The notes: generated by a model from the sequence alone, not told the origin. A stretch of DNA of 64,000 bases from an uncultured bacterium (GCA_905214905.1 CAJMNK010000002.1:405-64404), one strand, 5' to 3'; shown: positions 37,208 to 47,606, numbered from the stretch's first letter. Made by a program: numbers and translations.

Positions 37208-38532
37208 GCCTGCAAACGAGGATTAAGGCTGCCGGCGCTGCAGCGGCGGCAGCGCCTGTAGATGCGGGGCGTCGCCGCGCGGTGAAACGACGCACCAAGC
37301 GCGCCGTGATGGACCGCATGGGTTACGACGAAGTGGCGCGTATCAGCGCCTATATCGACCCGGCACTTGCCCGCTCGGAATTGCGTCCTGCGGTGGAGGC
37401 GGCGCTCAATGTTGAGGAGCCGACCGATCTCGCGACGCCCGAGCGCGAAACCATCATCGACGAGATTTTGGATGACGTGGTGGGCTTGGGGCCGTTGCAG
37501 CCGCTCATCGAGGACGACACCGTTACCGAGATCATGATCAACGGCTGCCGCTCGGCTTTCTTTGAACGCGGCGGCGTCTTGTACCCCATCGAGCATGCGT
37601 TTGAGGATGATGAACAGATCCGTGTGCTTATCGACCGCATCATCTCGCCACTTGGCCGCCGTATCGACGAGCGCAGCCCCATCGTCAACGCCCGCCTCAA
37701 AACGGGCTATCGCGTCAACGCGGTGATTCCGCCTGTGGCGATTGACGGACCGATTCTCACCATCCGAAAGTTCTCGGACCGTATCTGCTCGCTGGACGAG
37801 CTTGTGGGGCTGGGGTCGCTGCCGCTTTGGTATGCGCAGCTGCTGTCGTGCGCGGTGTCGCTGCGACAGGACCTGGCGGTTGCGGGAGGCACGGGATCTG
37901 GTAAGACCACCCTGCTCAACGCGTTGTCATGTGAGATTTCCACCGGCGAGCGCATCGTGACGATCGAGGACTCTGCCGAGCTCAAGTTTGCGCATCATCC
38001 GCACGTGGTGCGCCTAGAGGCGCGCGAGGCTTCAATTGAGGGTGAAGGCGCGGTGACGATCCGCGACCTGGTAACTAATGCCCTGCGCATGCGCCCCGAC
38101 CGCATCGTGGTGGGCGAGGTGCGCGGTGCCGAGTGCTGCGACATGTTGCAGGCCATGAACACGGGCCACGACGGGTCGCTCACCACACTTCATGCGGGTT
38201 CAGAACAGGAGACCGTGGTGCGTCTGACGTTGCTTGCACGTTATGGCATCGACCTGCCGAGTGAGCTCATCGAGGAGCAGATTGCCATGGCGCTCGACGG
38301 TATCGTGATGTCCGAGCGCCACGCCGATGGCAGGCGCTTCGTCTCCTCGTATTCGGGGGTGCGACGCGCCGCATCGGGCGGCGTAGAGCTCGAGCGCTAT
38401 GTGACGTTCGATGCCGCCGAGCGCACCTGGACGCTTGACCGCGAGCCGCCGTTTATCGCAGAAGGCCTGCGGTCGGGGACGCTCACACAAGAGGAGGTGG
38501 ACGAATGGAGATCGCTGTGCCCCTCGTCGTAG
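37204..38532 (+). CDS. cpaF: Tad pilus secretion ATPase CpaF/TadA
   Basis: [56 protein letters not shown]. Confidence 0.95.
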   Translation: MSLQTRIKAAGAAAAAAPVDAGRRRAVKRRTKRAVMDRMGYDEVARISAYIDPALARSELRPAVEAALNVEEPTDLATPERETIIDEILDDVVGLGPLQPLIEDDTVTEIMINGCRSAFFERGGVLYPIEHAFEDDEQIRVLIDRIISPLGRRIDERSPIVNARLKTGYRVNAVIPPVAIDGPILTIRKFSDRICSLDELVGLGSLPLWYAQLLSCAVSLRQDLAVAGGTGSGKTTLLNALSCEISTGERIVTIEDSAELKFAHHPHVVRLEAREASIEGEGAVTIRDLVTNALRMRPDRIVVGEVRGAECCDMLQAMNTGHDGSLTTLHAGSEQETVVRLTLLARYGIDLPSELIEEQIAMALDGIVMSERHADGRRFVSSYSGVRRAASGGVELERYVTFDAAERTWTLDREPPFIAEGLRSGTLTQEEVDEWRSLCPSS

Positions 38533-39431
38533 GGGGCTTGGCAGGGCTTTCTGTCGCGACGGCGTGCGGGGCGGAACCTCGTGTGCCGCAGGTACCGCCG
38601 GCGGAGCTGGCACGTCAGGCGCTCGAGACGGTGGCAGAGAAGCTGCCGCGTGAGCTGGTGAAAAACGATCTGCTGAAAAAGATCGCCCGTTCGTGGGCAT
38701 CGCTGGCTCCGGCGCATCGCCTTGGCCTCGTGATCGAGGATGCTTCGGGATGTTTGGCGTTTCTGCTGCTATCGAGCGGTGTCTGCTGCGTTTTACTAAC
38801 GATGGTGTCGTTATCGCCCCTCGGATTTGCCTTGGGACTTGTTGCTCCGTTTGCCGTTGGTGCCGCTCGGGATGGCTTTGAGAGCCGGCGCGAGCAACAC
38901 GATGCAGAAGAGGCAATGCCCGAGGCGTTTACCGCACTTTCCATGTCGCTTGCCTCGGGACATTCGCTGGCCCAGGGCATGCGCTTTGTGGGCGCTCATG
39001 CGCAAGAGCCAGTGCATAACGAGTTTTTGCGGGTGGCGGCGGCGATCGATTGCGGCATCTCGGCGACCGACGCGCTCGATGACTTGCTCGTGCGTATCGA
39101 CGCCCCCGGTCTTTCGCTTGTGACCTTGGCGCTTAAGGTGTCTCAGCGCACCGGCGCTCCGCTTGCCGACTTACTGTCCGAGGCGTCGAGCATGGTGGGG
39201 GAGCGCATTGAGCTCAAGCGCCGCCTGGATGTTAAGACGTCGCAGGCTCGCATGTCTGCGCATATGGTCGCGGCGATGCCGGCGGGCATGTGCGCGGTGT
39301 TGGCGCTGCTTTCGGCAGATTTTCGTCGCGGTCTTGCGACGCCTGCCGGCGCGGGCGCTGTGGTGCTGGGTCTTGCCCTCAACGCCGTTGCCCTGGTGGT
39401 TATCCGGCGCATTATGCGGGTGGAGCTATGA
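38505..39431 (+). CDS. tadB: TadB (T2SS F-family) membrane platform protein
   Basis: LASGHS, RTGAPLA and TSQARMSA motifs; TMs; position after cpaF. Confidence 0.85.
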   Translation: MEIAVPLVVGGLAGLSVATACGAEPRVPQVPPAELARQALETVAEKLPRELVKNDLLKKIARSWASLAPAHRLGLVIEDASGCLAFLLLSSGVCCVLLTMVSLSPLGFALGLVAPFAVGAARDGFESRREQHDAEEAMPEAFTALSMSLASGHSLAQGMRFVGAHAQEPVHNEFLRVAAAIDCGISATDALDDLLVRIDAPGLSLVTLALKVSQRTGAPLADLLSEASSMVGERIELKRRLDVKTSQARMSAHMVAAMPAGMCAVLALLSADFRRGLATPAGAGAVVLGLALNAVALVVIRRIMRVEL

Positions 39432-40069
39432 GCGCCTCGGTTGCAGTTGCGGCTTGCCTGTGCGCCCTGAGTGTATTTGTCGCGACGGGTTTTGATCGGG
39501 CGGATGCACGCAAGATCGCAGGGGCCTGCAAGCGCGAGGCGGTGCTGGTCGCTGCCGCTGGTCGCTCGGTGGTCGATGCTCTGACCGCGCGAGTGAAGGG
39601 CGCGGTTGGAGCGGGCGGCCCGGCGCGAGTGTCGCTCGGCGAAGTGTCCGAGATGATCGATGTTGTGCGCTTGGGTCTTTCGGCCGGTCTTTCGTTTGAT
39701 GCGGCGCTTGAGATTTTCTGCGCCAACCGCCGGTCAGTGCTGGCTCTTCGCCTTGAGCGCGCCTGCATGGCGTGGCAGGTGGGCGTGGGCACGCGTGAGG
39801 ACGAGTTGTTGGCCGCCGCGCGCGATCTGGACGTGCGAGCGCTCGAGACCTTTGCCATCACGGTGGGGCAGGCGCTCGCCCTGGGTGCCCCACTTGCCGA
39901 GACGCTGGCCGCTCAAAGTCGCGAGATCCGTGCGGCTCATCGCGCCGCGGTCGAGCGCGAGATCGAGCGTGCGCCCGTCAAGCTGTTGATTCCCACCGGC
40001 ACGCTCATCTTGCCGGCGTTGCTTCTGTCCATATTGGGCCCGCTGCTGGGAGCAGGCGGGATGATGTAG
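39428..40069 (+). CDS. tadC: TadC (T2SS F-family) protein
   Basis: LSAGLSFDAAL, GAPLA..L, APVKLLIP...LILP. Confidence 0.85.
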   Translation: MSASVAVAACLCALSVFVATGFDRADARKIAGACKREAVLVAAAGRSVVDALTARVKGAVGAGGPARVSLGEVSEMIDVVRLGLSAGLSFDAALEIFCANRRSVLALRLERACMAWQVGVGTREDELLAAARDLDVRALETFAITVGQALALGAPLAETLAAQSREIRAAHRAAVEREIERAPVKLLIPTGTLILPALLLSILGPLLGAGGMM

Positions 40070-40079
40070 GGAGGAATAC

Positions 40080-40313
40080 ATGAACACGATGGTCGAAGTT
40101 GCTGACAAGGCTTGGAGCTGGGCTTTTTGCCGGGCGATTCACACTCGCCAGCATGCCAAGGAGCTGTTGCAGGAGGAGAGCGCGCAGGGTACCACCGAGT
40201 ACGCCATTTTAGTGGGCGTACTTGTGGTGATCGCGATTATTGCCATCGTTGCATTTAAAGGCAAGGTTAAAGAGCTATGGGATGCGATCAGCGAGGGCAT
40301 CAACAGCCTGTAG
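40080..40313 (+). CDS. flp: Flp family type IVb pilin
   Basis: EESAQGTTEYAIL prepilin motif followed by a hydrophobic helix; 77 aa. Confidence 0.85.
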   Translation: MNTMVEVADKAWSWAFCRAIHTRQHAKELLQEESAQGTTEYAILVGVLVVIAIIAIVAFKGKVKELWDAISEGINSL

Positions 40314-40333
40314 AGGGCGAGCGCCCCATCGGG

Positions 40334-40840
40334 GTGCTGCTGGTGTTTGCTTGCCTGACCGTGGCGATAGCGGTGGTGCTTTGGGGGCTTAACGCCGCGC
40401 GGCAGCAGCGTCCTGGGACCGCCTCCGATTTGGGCTCAGATTCGGCGGTGGCGTCTCAAAAAGATGAGATGCGAGATGCGGACGATTCGGATGTCGCTGT
40501 CACGGCGCAAACCTTTCTGCGGGCGCTCGACAAGCGGTCTGGCACTGCGACGGATTCGCCTGAGGGCAACGCGATTGCGGTCCGGCTTGCATGGTCCGAG
40601 GACCGACCGATGACCGAAGCGGCAGCGGATATGCTGCGTGCCTATCGCGAGGTACCCACGGCACAACTTGCTCTGAGCGGCTATCTCGACATCAAGGGCA
40701 ACGTGTGGGGCGCTATCGTGCGCGACGGACGCGGCTGGGTCGATATGGTGACGGTTGCCGCGGATACTGGCGATGCTTCGTGTCGTCTGCGCGCCGTGCG
40801 CCTGAGCCCGCAGGCAACGGACTCAAAGGAGGGATCGTGA
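40334..40840 (+). CDS. Hypothetical membrane-anchored protein in the tad locus
   Basis: N-terminal TM; fills the gap between pilin genes. Start uncertain. Confidence 0.6.
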   Translation: MLLVFACLTVAIAVVLWGLNAARQQRPGTASDLGSDSAVASQKDEMRDADDSDVAVTAQTFLRALDKRSGTATDSPEGNAIAVRLAWSEDRPMTEAAADMLRAYREVPTAQLALSGYLDIKGNVWGAIVRDGRGWVDMVTVAADTGDASCRLRAVRLSPQATDSKEGS

Positions 40841-40841
40841 A

Positions 40842-41060
40842 ATGCATGATGTCCTGCGTGAGGAATCTGCCCAGGCGACGGTCGAATACGCCATCGTCAC
40901 GGTGGCGCTGTTATCGATCGTGCTGGCGATTGCGGGGCTTTGGCGTGCTGGCACCGATGGGCGCTTGGCGGCGCTGGTCGAGCGGGCGGCGTCTCACGGC
41001 GTCACCTCGACATCGGTTGTCGACGCTGCTGCGGGTGCTGAGGACATCGCGCTGTATTGA
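40842..41060 (+). CDS. Minor Flp/TadE-like pilin
   Basis: REESAQATVEYAIV motif with AAGGAGG RBS. Confidence 0.8.
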   Translation: MHDVLREESAQATVEYAIVTVALLSIVLAIAGLWRAGTDGRLAALVERAASHGVTSTSVVDAAAGAEDIALY

Positions 41061-41532
41061 TATCGCGCGCGAGGACCGGGCGCAGTCTACGGTCGAGGCC
41101 GCTTTTTTGCTGCCGACGTTTCTGACGCTCATCCTTCTCGCACTGCAACCGGCGTGTCTGCTCTATACGCGCGCGGTCATGGAGTCTGCCGCCGCCGAGA
41201 CCGCGCGGCTCATGACCACGACGACGGCGGAGGACGACGATCTTAAGGAGTTCACCCGCCGCCGACTTGCCGCAGTGCCCAACGTTTCGATCTTTCATGC
41301 CGGCGGGCCGTTGTCGTGGGATATCGATCTTGGCCGGGTCGGTGCGGGTGGCGCCTCGTCCGTGTCCGTTTCCGGCGAGGTCAAGCCGTTGCCTGTGATC
41401 GGTGCGTTTGCGCAGGCTATGGGTGGTACCGCCGAGGGCGGCTACGTTGAGCTCAAGGTCGATGTCTCGTATCAATCGCGTCCCGAATGGCTGGAGGGAG
41501 ATTATGATTCGTGGATTGCTGCATGGGATTAA
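41035..41532 (+). CDS. TadE-like pseudopilin
   Basis: EDRAQSTVEAAFLLP...AAAETAR. Start uncertain. Confidence 0.8.
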   Translation: MLRTSRCIDIAREDRAQSTVEAAFLLPTFLTLILLALQPACLLYTRAVMESAAAETARLMTTTTAEDDDLKEFTRRRLAAVPNVSIFHAGGPLSWDIDLGRVGAGGASSVSVSGEVKPLPVIGAFAQAMGGTAEGGYVELKVDVSYQSRPEWLEGDYDSWIAAWD

Positions 41533-41596
41533 GCGTTTCTGGTCTAGACGCGTTTTGACGCACCGTCCGAGCTGCCATCGCAAGCGAGGCGGCTTT

Positions 41597-43657
41597 ATGG
41601 GTCGAGCCGGTGTCGATCTGTTTATCGAAGACGGCGCCTATACCACGCTTTCTTCTGCCGTGGTCATCCTAGTGGTGCTCACATTGTTGTTTTCGTCGAC
41701 CGCGGCGATATGGAGCATGTCGCGTGCCGGGGACACCCAGGTGGCGGCCGATAGCGGCGCGCTGGCGGGTGCCAACGTAGTGTCGTCCTATCACACGGCT
41801 GCCACGGTGGTTGATGCGAGTATCTTGAGTCTGGGGCTGGCGGGGTTTGCCACGATCGGGACGGGCCTGGTCGCCATCCTCATCCCGGGTGCCGAGCCGG
41901 TTGCCGGCAATATGGTCGACACCGGGATCGAGATCATTAAAACGCGCAACAAGTTTGCCAAAAGCGCATCGGAAGGCTTACAGAAAATCGAGACGGCTCT
42001 GCCGTATCTGATCGCCGCGCGTGCCACGCAGGCGGTGTCGGCGCAGGATACCGATAGTGTGACCTATACCGGTACGGCGCTTGCCGTGCCCAGGACATCC
42101 GAGTCGGACTTTGCTGCGCTCAAAGGGTCAGAGATCTCGACCGATACCATTAAAGACACATCAGATGATTTAGAGCGTGCGGCCGAGGAGCTGCGGAAGG
42201 CCTCGGAGGAGACGGCGAAGGCAAAGGAGCGCGCTTGGCTGGCGGATTGTGGTGGGTCTGACAAGGGCTCGGTCGGCAGCTGTTCTTGCATGTGGGAGCG
42301 TGCGAAAAGCCTAACGGATCTCTCCGGTGTTCAAAATCCGCATTACTCATCGAGCGTTACGTGGGAGCCCCAAGTTGCCCTTGATCGCGCGAAGGACTAC
42401 TACCATTGGCGTCTGACAAATGAGAAGCCCCGCGGCTCGAGTGTCGAGATGAAGGCAGAGTCTGCGGCGCGTAAGGCGTTTTATACCTATGCGAACGCGG
42501 AGGTCGATCGGGCATATATAACCGAGAACGGAGACAGGGTTTCCTCCTATATTCCGCTGCTGCCGCGCAACTCTGATGAGGTTCGGGCGACGGAACTCTA
42601 TACCGATGCGGTGTGGCCGACTAGCGTAAACGATGACAAGGCGTATCTGCATTACGGGACGACCTGCCCCAACTATAAGAAAGGGACGCCGAGCGGATTT
42701 GCTTCGGTTGCCGATTACGATGGACAGGATAAATGCAGCAAATGCCATTTTGGCGTTTTGTCGCTTGGTGCTGTTGCGGCGCCTTCAACCTCTATCGAAA
42801 ACGGCTTCGAGTATCACTTTGACAAGTTTAAAGACGCCCTGGAGGACTACGTCGACTGTCGCAACAAGGAGCTCGAGCTCGAGCGTCAGACCGAGGACGA
42901 AGCCGACCGTGCGGGCAATGCGTTCGATACCGCCATCAAAGAACTTTCCGGTGAGCGTCCGCGTATCGCTCCGCCCGGTCGCAACGGCGTGGTTGCCTTT
43001 GCGGTTTCGGGTGCCATCTCGAGCCCCGATGAGCTCAACTCTTCGTTTAACACGGCAGTCAGGCTTGGCGATCGCGGTGCCATCTCTGCCGCGGTGCTGG
43101 CGCCCGATGGGGCGACGGCGCAAAACAACGTGCTTTCGCGATTTTTCTCGACATTGAAGGAACGCTCGGGTGGCGTTGCCGGCGTACTCGATGGCGTCAT
43201 GGATGTCTGGGGACGGCTGCTTGTGGGATACGGAGACATCCAAGGTTCGGCCGACGAACTTATGGACGAGATGATTAAAGGCCTAGGAGGGGGCAGCGGC
43301 GCGTTGGGCTCCATCGCATCGTGGCTCGGCGATACCGTTTCGGCGTCCGTGGCGGCGTTGGGTCTGGAGCCGTGCGACTTGCGCCTGCGAAAGCCGGTGC
43401 TGACCGATTCCGCCAACGTCATTAAGAGTCCGGGGTCTGACATTGCTGGTTTCTCTCAAGCGCAAGACAAGCTGCGAAGTATTCCGTTGGGCGTGACCGA
43501 TCCCAAGGCGCTTTGCGAGGCGTTGGAATATCAAGTCGAACGCACCATTAGCGGCACGGTGTTCACGCTTGCGGAGATTCCTCTGCCCGGCGGCGGCTCC
43601 ATCCCGCTCACCGTCGATGTCGCCACGCTGGTTGGCGCTCTGGGCGGTGGGTCGTAA
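41597..43657 (+). CDS. TadG-like large minor pilin
   Basis: EDGAYTT plus TM and the QVAADSGALAG Tad motif; Cys/His clusters. The start could be 41504. Confidence 0.75.
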   Translation: MGRAGVDLFIEDGAYTTLSSAVVILVVLTLLFSSTAAIWSMSRAGDTQVAADSGALAGANVVSSYHTAATVVDASILSLGLAGFATIGTGLVAILIPGAEPVAGNMVDTGIEIIKTRNKFAKSASEGLQKIETALPYLIAARATQAVSAQDTDSVTYTGTALAVPRTSESDFAALKGSEISTDTIKDTSDDLERAAEELRKASEETAKAKERAWLADCGGSDKGSVGSCSCMWERAKSLTDLSGVQNPHYSSSVTWEPQVALDRAKDYYHWRLTNEKPRGSSVEMKAESAARKAFYTYANAEVDRAYITENGDRVSSYIPLLPRNSDEVRATELYTDAVWPTSVNDDKAYLHYGTTCPNYKKGTPSGFASVADYDGQDKCSKCHFGVLSLGAVAAPSTSIENGFEYHFDKFKDALEDYVDCRNKELELERQTEDEADRAGNAFDTAIKELSGERPRIAPPGRNGVVAFAVSGAISSPDELNSSFNTAVRLGDRGAISAAVLAPDGATAQNNVLSRFFSTLKERSGGVAGVLDGVMDVWGRLLVGYGDIQGSADELMDEMIKGLGGGSGALGSIASWLGDTVSASVAALGLEPCDLRLRKPVLTDSANVIKSPGSDIAGFSQAQDKLRSIPLGVTDPKALCEALEYQVERTISGTVFTLAEIPLPGGGSIPLTVDVATLVGALGGGS

Positions 43658-44133
43658 TGAGTATCCGCATGCGTCTGCGCGAGGAGCGCGCCCAAGCGAC
43701 GGTGGAGATGGCAGTGGTTACGCCCGTTTTGCTGGTGCTGGCACTCATCGTGTACAACGTCATGATCTTTGCCAGCGCTGTCGCGCGCTTCGACCGCGTG
43801 GTGCCCGACATCGTGTTGGCGCACGCCGTGGCGTCGGAGGGGGAGGGCGACGAAAGCTCTGCCGATGCCTCGGCGACGGTTCAGACTCAAATTCTGAATG
43901 CCATGGAAGGCTATGGCTTGCAGATCGAAGTGTCGAGCGAGCAAGGCGCGGAGGCATCGGATGGTGGCCTGCTCTCCCTATCCGGTACGTTTAGGACCTA
44001 CACCTGCACCATGCACTATGAGCCGTGGCCGACTTCTCTCAGCATCGCTGGCGTTACGCTGGGGGCGCCGACAACGTTGTCGCACGAGCGCGCGGTGACG
44101 GTCGATCCATGGCGTCCGGGGGTGGTCATGTGA
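43657..44133 (+). CDS. TadE-like pseudopilin
   Basis: EERAQATVEMAVVTP motif. Confidence 0.8.
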   Translation: MSIRMRLREERAQATVEMAVVTPVLLVLALIVYNVMIFASAVARFDRVVPDIVLAHAVASEGEGDESSADASATVQTQILNAMEGYGLQIEVSSEQGAEASDGGLLSLSGTFRTYTCTMHYEPWPTSLSIAGVTLGAPTTLSHERAVTVDPWRPGVVM

Positions 44134-44489
44134 CCGCGGTCTCGTCCTACATCGCGTACGCGCGGGCGCTCAACAGGCTGGGTTGGACGCCGGCCGAGTT
44201 TGTGGTGGCGGAGTCGTTTGCCGTGCGCCTGCGCGGCATGCTGGGACGGTGTCCGGTTGCCGCCAACGGTCTGCCGCTCGTCATGGCGTTTCCACGCTGC
44301 TCTTCGGTCCATACGTGTTTTATGGCCTATCCCATCGACATCGCCTTCATCGATCGCGACGGCAATATCCTCGCGCGCTACGAAAGCGTTCGTCCTTGGC
44401 GCACGTGCTCCTGCCCCGGCGCCTGGGCCGTACTAGAGCGTCCTTCAATCATTGTTTCGATCCCTGCTCTCCAACGCGTGCCGGCTTAA
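44130..44489 (+). CDS. DUF192 family protein
   Basis: A.SF..RLRGMLGR, CSSVHTCFM.YPIDIAFID, VLE. Confidence 0.85.
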   Translation: MTAVSSYIAYARALNRLGWTPAEFVVAESFAVRLRGMLGRCPVAANGLPLVMAFPRCSSVHTCFMAYPIDIAFIDRDGNILARYESVRPWRTCSCPGAWAVLERPSIIVSIPALQRVPA

Positions 44490-44547
44490 GAATTGGCGAC
44501 AGCGGACTTTCGTCATACGAAATTGGGTAAGATGGAGGAGAAGATGC

Positions 44548-44814
44548 ATGGATGTTGAGATCCATCCCAACGCTAAAAAGCACCTGACGGAAAAGCAGGT
44601 GCTTAGCGCTTGGCTTGCGGTTACTGAGTGCATTCGTCGCGAGTCGAAGGACGAGCCGCCGAGATGGCTTGCGATTGGATGGCTCCCAGACGGACGAAGC
44701 GTGGAGCTTGTCGCGGTCGAGCTTGTCCGTGGGTGGCTTATCATTCATGCCTTGTCTCCAGTCCAGAAGAAATTTTGGCAGGAGATTGAACAGGCTCGGC
44801 AAAGGGGTCGATGA
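44548..44814 (+). CDS. Putative type II toxin (RelE/BrnT-like fold)
   Basis: 88 aa; H..A.KH, LAIG...GR.VELV, IIHA; overlaps an RHH gene. Confidence 0.65.
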   Translation: MDVEIHPNAKKHLTEKQVLSAWLAVTECIRRESKDEPPRWLAIGWLPDGRSVELVAVELVRGWLIIHALSPVQKKFWQEIEQARQRGR

Positions 44815-45098
44815 TGGGCAAGACGTATACGGCCGCTAATGGTCAGGTTGTAACGGATGAAATGATTGACGCGTGGTGCGAGTCGTACGAGCGCGGAGAG
44901 TTTCCGGATGGCGAACACACCGTTGGTGGGATCGTGCATGGACGGCCCCCACTCTCAGGTGAGGGGACGGCAACGCTGTCAGTCAAGATTCCTCTGGGAA
45001 TGAAGGAGGCCATTCGTCGACGGGCGGCTGCCGAGGGGATGACGCCAAGTGAGTTTGCCCGTGCGGCTCTGAGCGAAAAACTTCTTGCTGCCGGCTGA
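44811..45098 (+). CDS. Putative antitoxin with ribbon-helix-helix (CopG-like) domain
   Basis: GRPPL...LSVKIP..MKEAIRRRAAAEGMTPSEFARAAL. Confidence 0.75.
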   Translation: MMGKTYTAANGQVVTDEMIDAWCESYERGEFPDGEHTVGGIVHGRPPLSGEGTATLSVKIPLGMKEAIRRRAAAEGMTPSEFARAALSEKLLAAG

Positions 45099-45221
45099 TG
45101 TCTCTGACGTGCCGATTTATAGAACCGAGGCTGTGCTCAAAAACTTTTTTAAAATTCTCGGTTGACCGGAACGCGTCCTTGGTTATACTAATCAAGCCTT
45201 GAAACAAGGCACACCTCAAAT

Positions 45222-45294
<73 letters not shown>

Positions 45295-45590
45295 CCTTGA
45301 ATTGACTAGGACCTCTGCAAAGGGGTCCTTTTCTTTTATGTAGGGTTCTGCGGAAAATGCGCCCCATTATTGAGCGATAGAACGGGACACACTTTCCGGT
45401 GCCTGCCTCCGGCGCGCGTACACACCTCGTCGCACCATTCCGAGCCCGCCCGCCCCAGACATTCCTCCCACTTTCGCGTCACTTTACAGACCGTTCGGTC
45501 GCCTGTCCGCACACGCGGGTATACTCAAAACGATACTTATCCTATGCAATACGATGCGGGTTCGACCTGCATGATCCGAAGGGGGCAGTG

Positions 45591-46652
45591 ATGGAGAGGA
45601 TACTCGGCGTTAATCTCTCTGGCTGGTTTATTCCCGAGCCTTGGGTGACCCCGTCGCTGTATGCGGCGACCGGTGCATCCAACGCGGCCGAGCTACAGGA
45701 GGCCATGGGTACCGCCGCCTATAACGAGCGCATGCGCCGCCATTACGAGACGTTTGTGAGCGAGGACGATTTTCGTCGCATGGCGCAGATCGGTCTCAAT
45801 GCCGTGCGTCTGCCGGTGCCTTGGTATGCCTTTGGCTCACAGGAGTCCGATGCCTCCTACATATCGGTTGTCGATTACATCGACCGCGCGATTGAGTGGG
45901 CTGCCAAGTACGACATCCGCGTGCTGCTCGATCTGGCAACCGTGCCCGGTGGCCAGGGCGATTCCAACGATTCGCCCACCACGCCGGAGGCTGTTGCCGA
46001 GTGGCATTCGTCCACTAACGGCCGCCATGTCGCACTCGACGTGCTCGAGCGCTTGGCCGATCGCTATGGCGAGGCCGAGAGCCTGCTGGGCATTGAGCTG
46101 CTGGACACGCCGCAGATGAGCGTTCGCAAGAGCCTCTTCACCATGACGGATGGCATTCCCGCTCATTACCTGCGCAATTTCTATCGCGATGCCTACGAGC
46201 TCGTCCGTTCGTATATGCCCGAGGATAAGATCGTCGTCTTCTCGTCGTCGGGGCATCCCAGCGAGTGGAAGCATTTTATGCGCGGCGCCAAGTACAAGAA
46301 CGTCTACATGGACCTTCACCTGTACCATTACCGCGACGAGTATGCGCTCGACATCACGAGCCCCCGCGGGCTGACGACGGCGATTTCGCGTAACAAGCGC
46401 GAGCTTAAAGAAGCGATTTCGACTGGGTTCCCCGTGCTGGTGGGCGAATGGTCGGGCGCGGCGATCTTTGCCAACTCGTCGGTTACGCCCGAGGGCCGCA
46501 ACGCCTACGAGCGCGTGTTTATCGCCAACCAGCTGGCTTCGTTTGCGCCGGCTGCCGGTTGGTTCTTCCAAACGTGGAAGACCGAGAAGCGCATTGCAGC
46601 ATGGGACGCCCGCGCGGCGCTCGGTACGCTCGAGCGCGGCATGATTGAATAG
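45591..46652 (+). CDS. Glycoside hydrolase family 5-like protein
   Basis: GVNLSGW..PEPW.TPSL, NAVRLPV, DLHLY, VGEWS, GWFFQTWK. The NEP motif is altered to DTP. Confidence 0.85.
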   Translation: MERILGVNLSGWFIPEPWVTPSLYAATGASNAAELQEAMGTAAYNERMRRHYETFVSEDDFRRMAQIGLNAVRLPVPWYAFGSQESDASYISVVDYIDRAIEWAAKYDIRVLLDLATVPGGQGDSNDSPTTPEAVAEWHSSTNGRHVALDVLERLADRYGEAESLLGIELLDTPQMSVRKSLFTMTDGIPAHYLRNFYRDAYELVRSYMPEDKIVVFSSSGHPSEWKHFMRGAKYKNVYMDLHLYHYRDEYALDITSPRGLTTAISRNKRELKEAISTGFPVLVGEWSGAAIFANSSVTPEGRNAYERVFIANQLASFAPAAGWFFQTWKTEKRIAAWDARAALGTLERGMIE

Positions 46653-46658
46653 GTTGAT

Positions 46659-47537
46659 ATGACGCAAAACAGCGCCCATACGGGCAAACTCTATGTGGTC
46701 GGCACGCCCATCGGCAACCTGGGTGACCTGTCCCCGCGCGTTGGCGAGGCCTTTGCCGCTGCCGATGTCATCTGCTGCGAAGACACGCGTGTGACGTCAA
46801 AGCTGCTGATGCACCTGGGCATTTCCAAGCCGCTTGTCCGTTGCGACGAGAATGTGATCGCTAGCCGCGCTGCCGGCCTGGTCGACCGTCTGCTGGCGGG
46901 GGAGACCCTCGCCTTTGCCTCGGACGCCGGCATGCCGAGCGTGTCCGATCCCGGCCAGGCGCTGGTCGAGGCGGCGCGTGAGGCCGATGTGCCCGTCGAA
47001 GTTATTCCCGGGCCTTCTGCTTGCGTCACGGCGCTCGTTTCGTCCGGTATTCCCTGCGAGCATTTTTTCTTCGAGGGCTTTTTGGGCCGAAAGCACGGCG
47101 ACCGCGTGCGCCGTTTGCAGCGCCTTGCCGTGGTGCCCGGCGCACTCATCTTCTACGAGTCTCCACATCGCATCGTGGCGACGCTCGAGGCCGTGACGGA
47201 GGTCTTTCCCCAGCGTGAGGTTGCCGTCTGCCGCGAACTCACCAAGCTGCACGAGGAGGTCTTGCGCGGGCCCGCTGCCCAGCTTGCCGAGGAGCTGCGT
47301 GCTCGCGGCGAGGTAAAGGGCGAGATCGCGCTGGTCATCGCGCCGCCGAGCGAGGATGAGGAGGTCGGTATCGTGCCGGTCGGCGCTGCGGCAGCGGATC
47401 CCGACGAGGCCCTGCGCGAGGATATCCGCGCCGCGCTCGAGGAGGGGGAGCCCGCGTCTGCGGTGGCCAAGCGCCTGTCTCAGAAGTATTCGCGCCGCAA
47501 GCGCGATGTCTATGCCATGGTGCTCGATATGCAATAG
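46659..47537 (+). CDS. rsmI: 16S rRNA (C1402-2'-O)-methyltransferase
   Basis: LYVVGTPIGNLGD, CEDTR, SDAGMP.VSDPG, YESPHR, RELTK.HEE. Confidence 0.95.
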   Translation: MTQNSAHTGKLYVVGTPIGNLGDLSPRVGEAFAAADVICCEDTRVTSKLLMHLGISKPLVRCDENVIASRAAGLVDRLLAGETLAFASDAGMPSVSDPGQALVEAAREADVPVEVIPGPSACVTALVSSGIPCEHFFFEGFLGRKHGDRVRRLQRLAVVPGALIFYESPHRIVATLEAVTEVFPQREVAVCRELTKLHEEVLRGPAAQLAEELRARGEVKGEIALVIAPPSEDEEVGIVPVGAAAADPDEALREDIRAALEEGEPASAVAKRLSQKYSRRKRDVYAMVLDMQ

Positions 47538-47606
47538 ATGGAGGATATCCAGCCCTTGCGCTAGAATCATCCTCTGTATGCAACGTTTTTCTGGAGGACA
47601 AACCCC

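Noticed and set aside
42734..42748. CxxCH (CSKCH) as a c-type heme site in the TadG-like protein
   Set aside because: A single occurrence in a pilin context with no cytochrome c maturation genes in the window; a Zn or disulfide role is more parsimonious.
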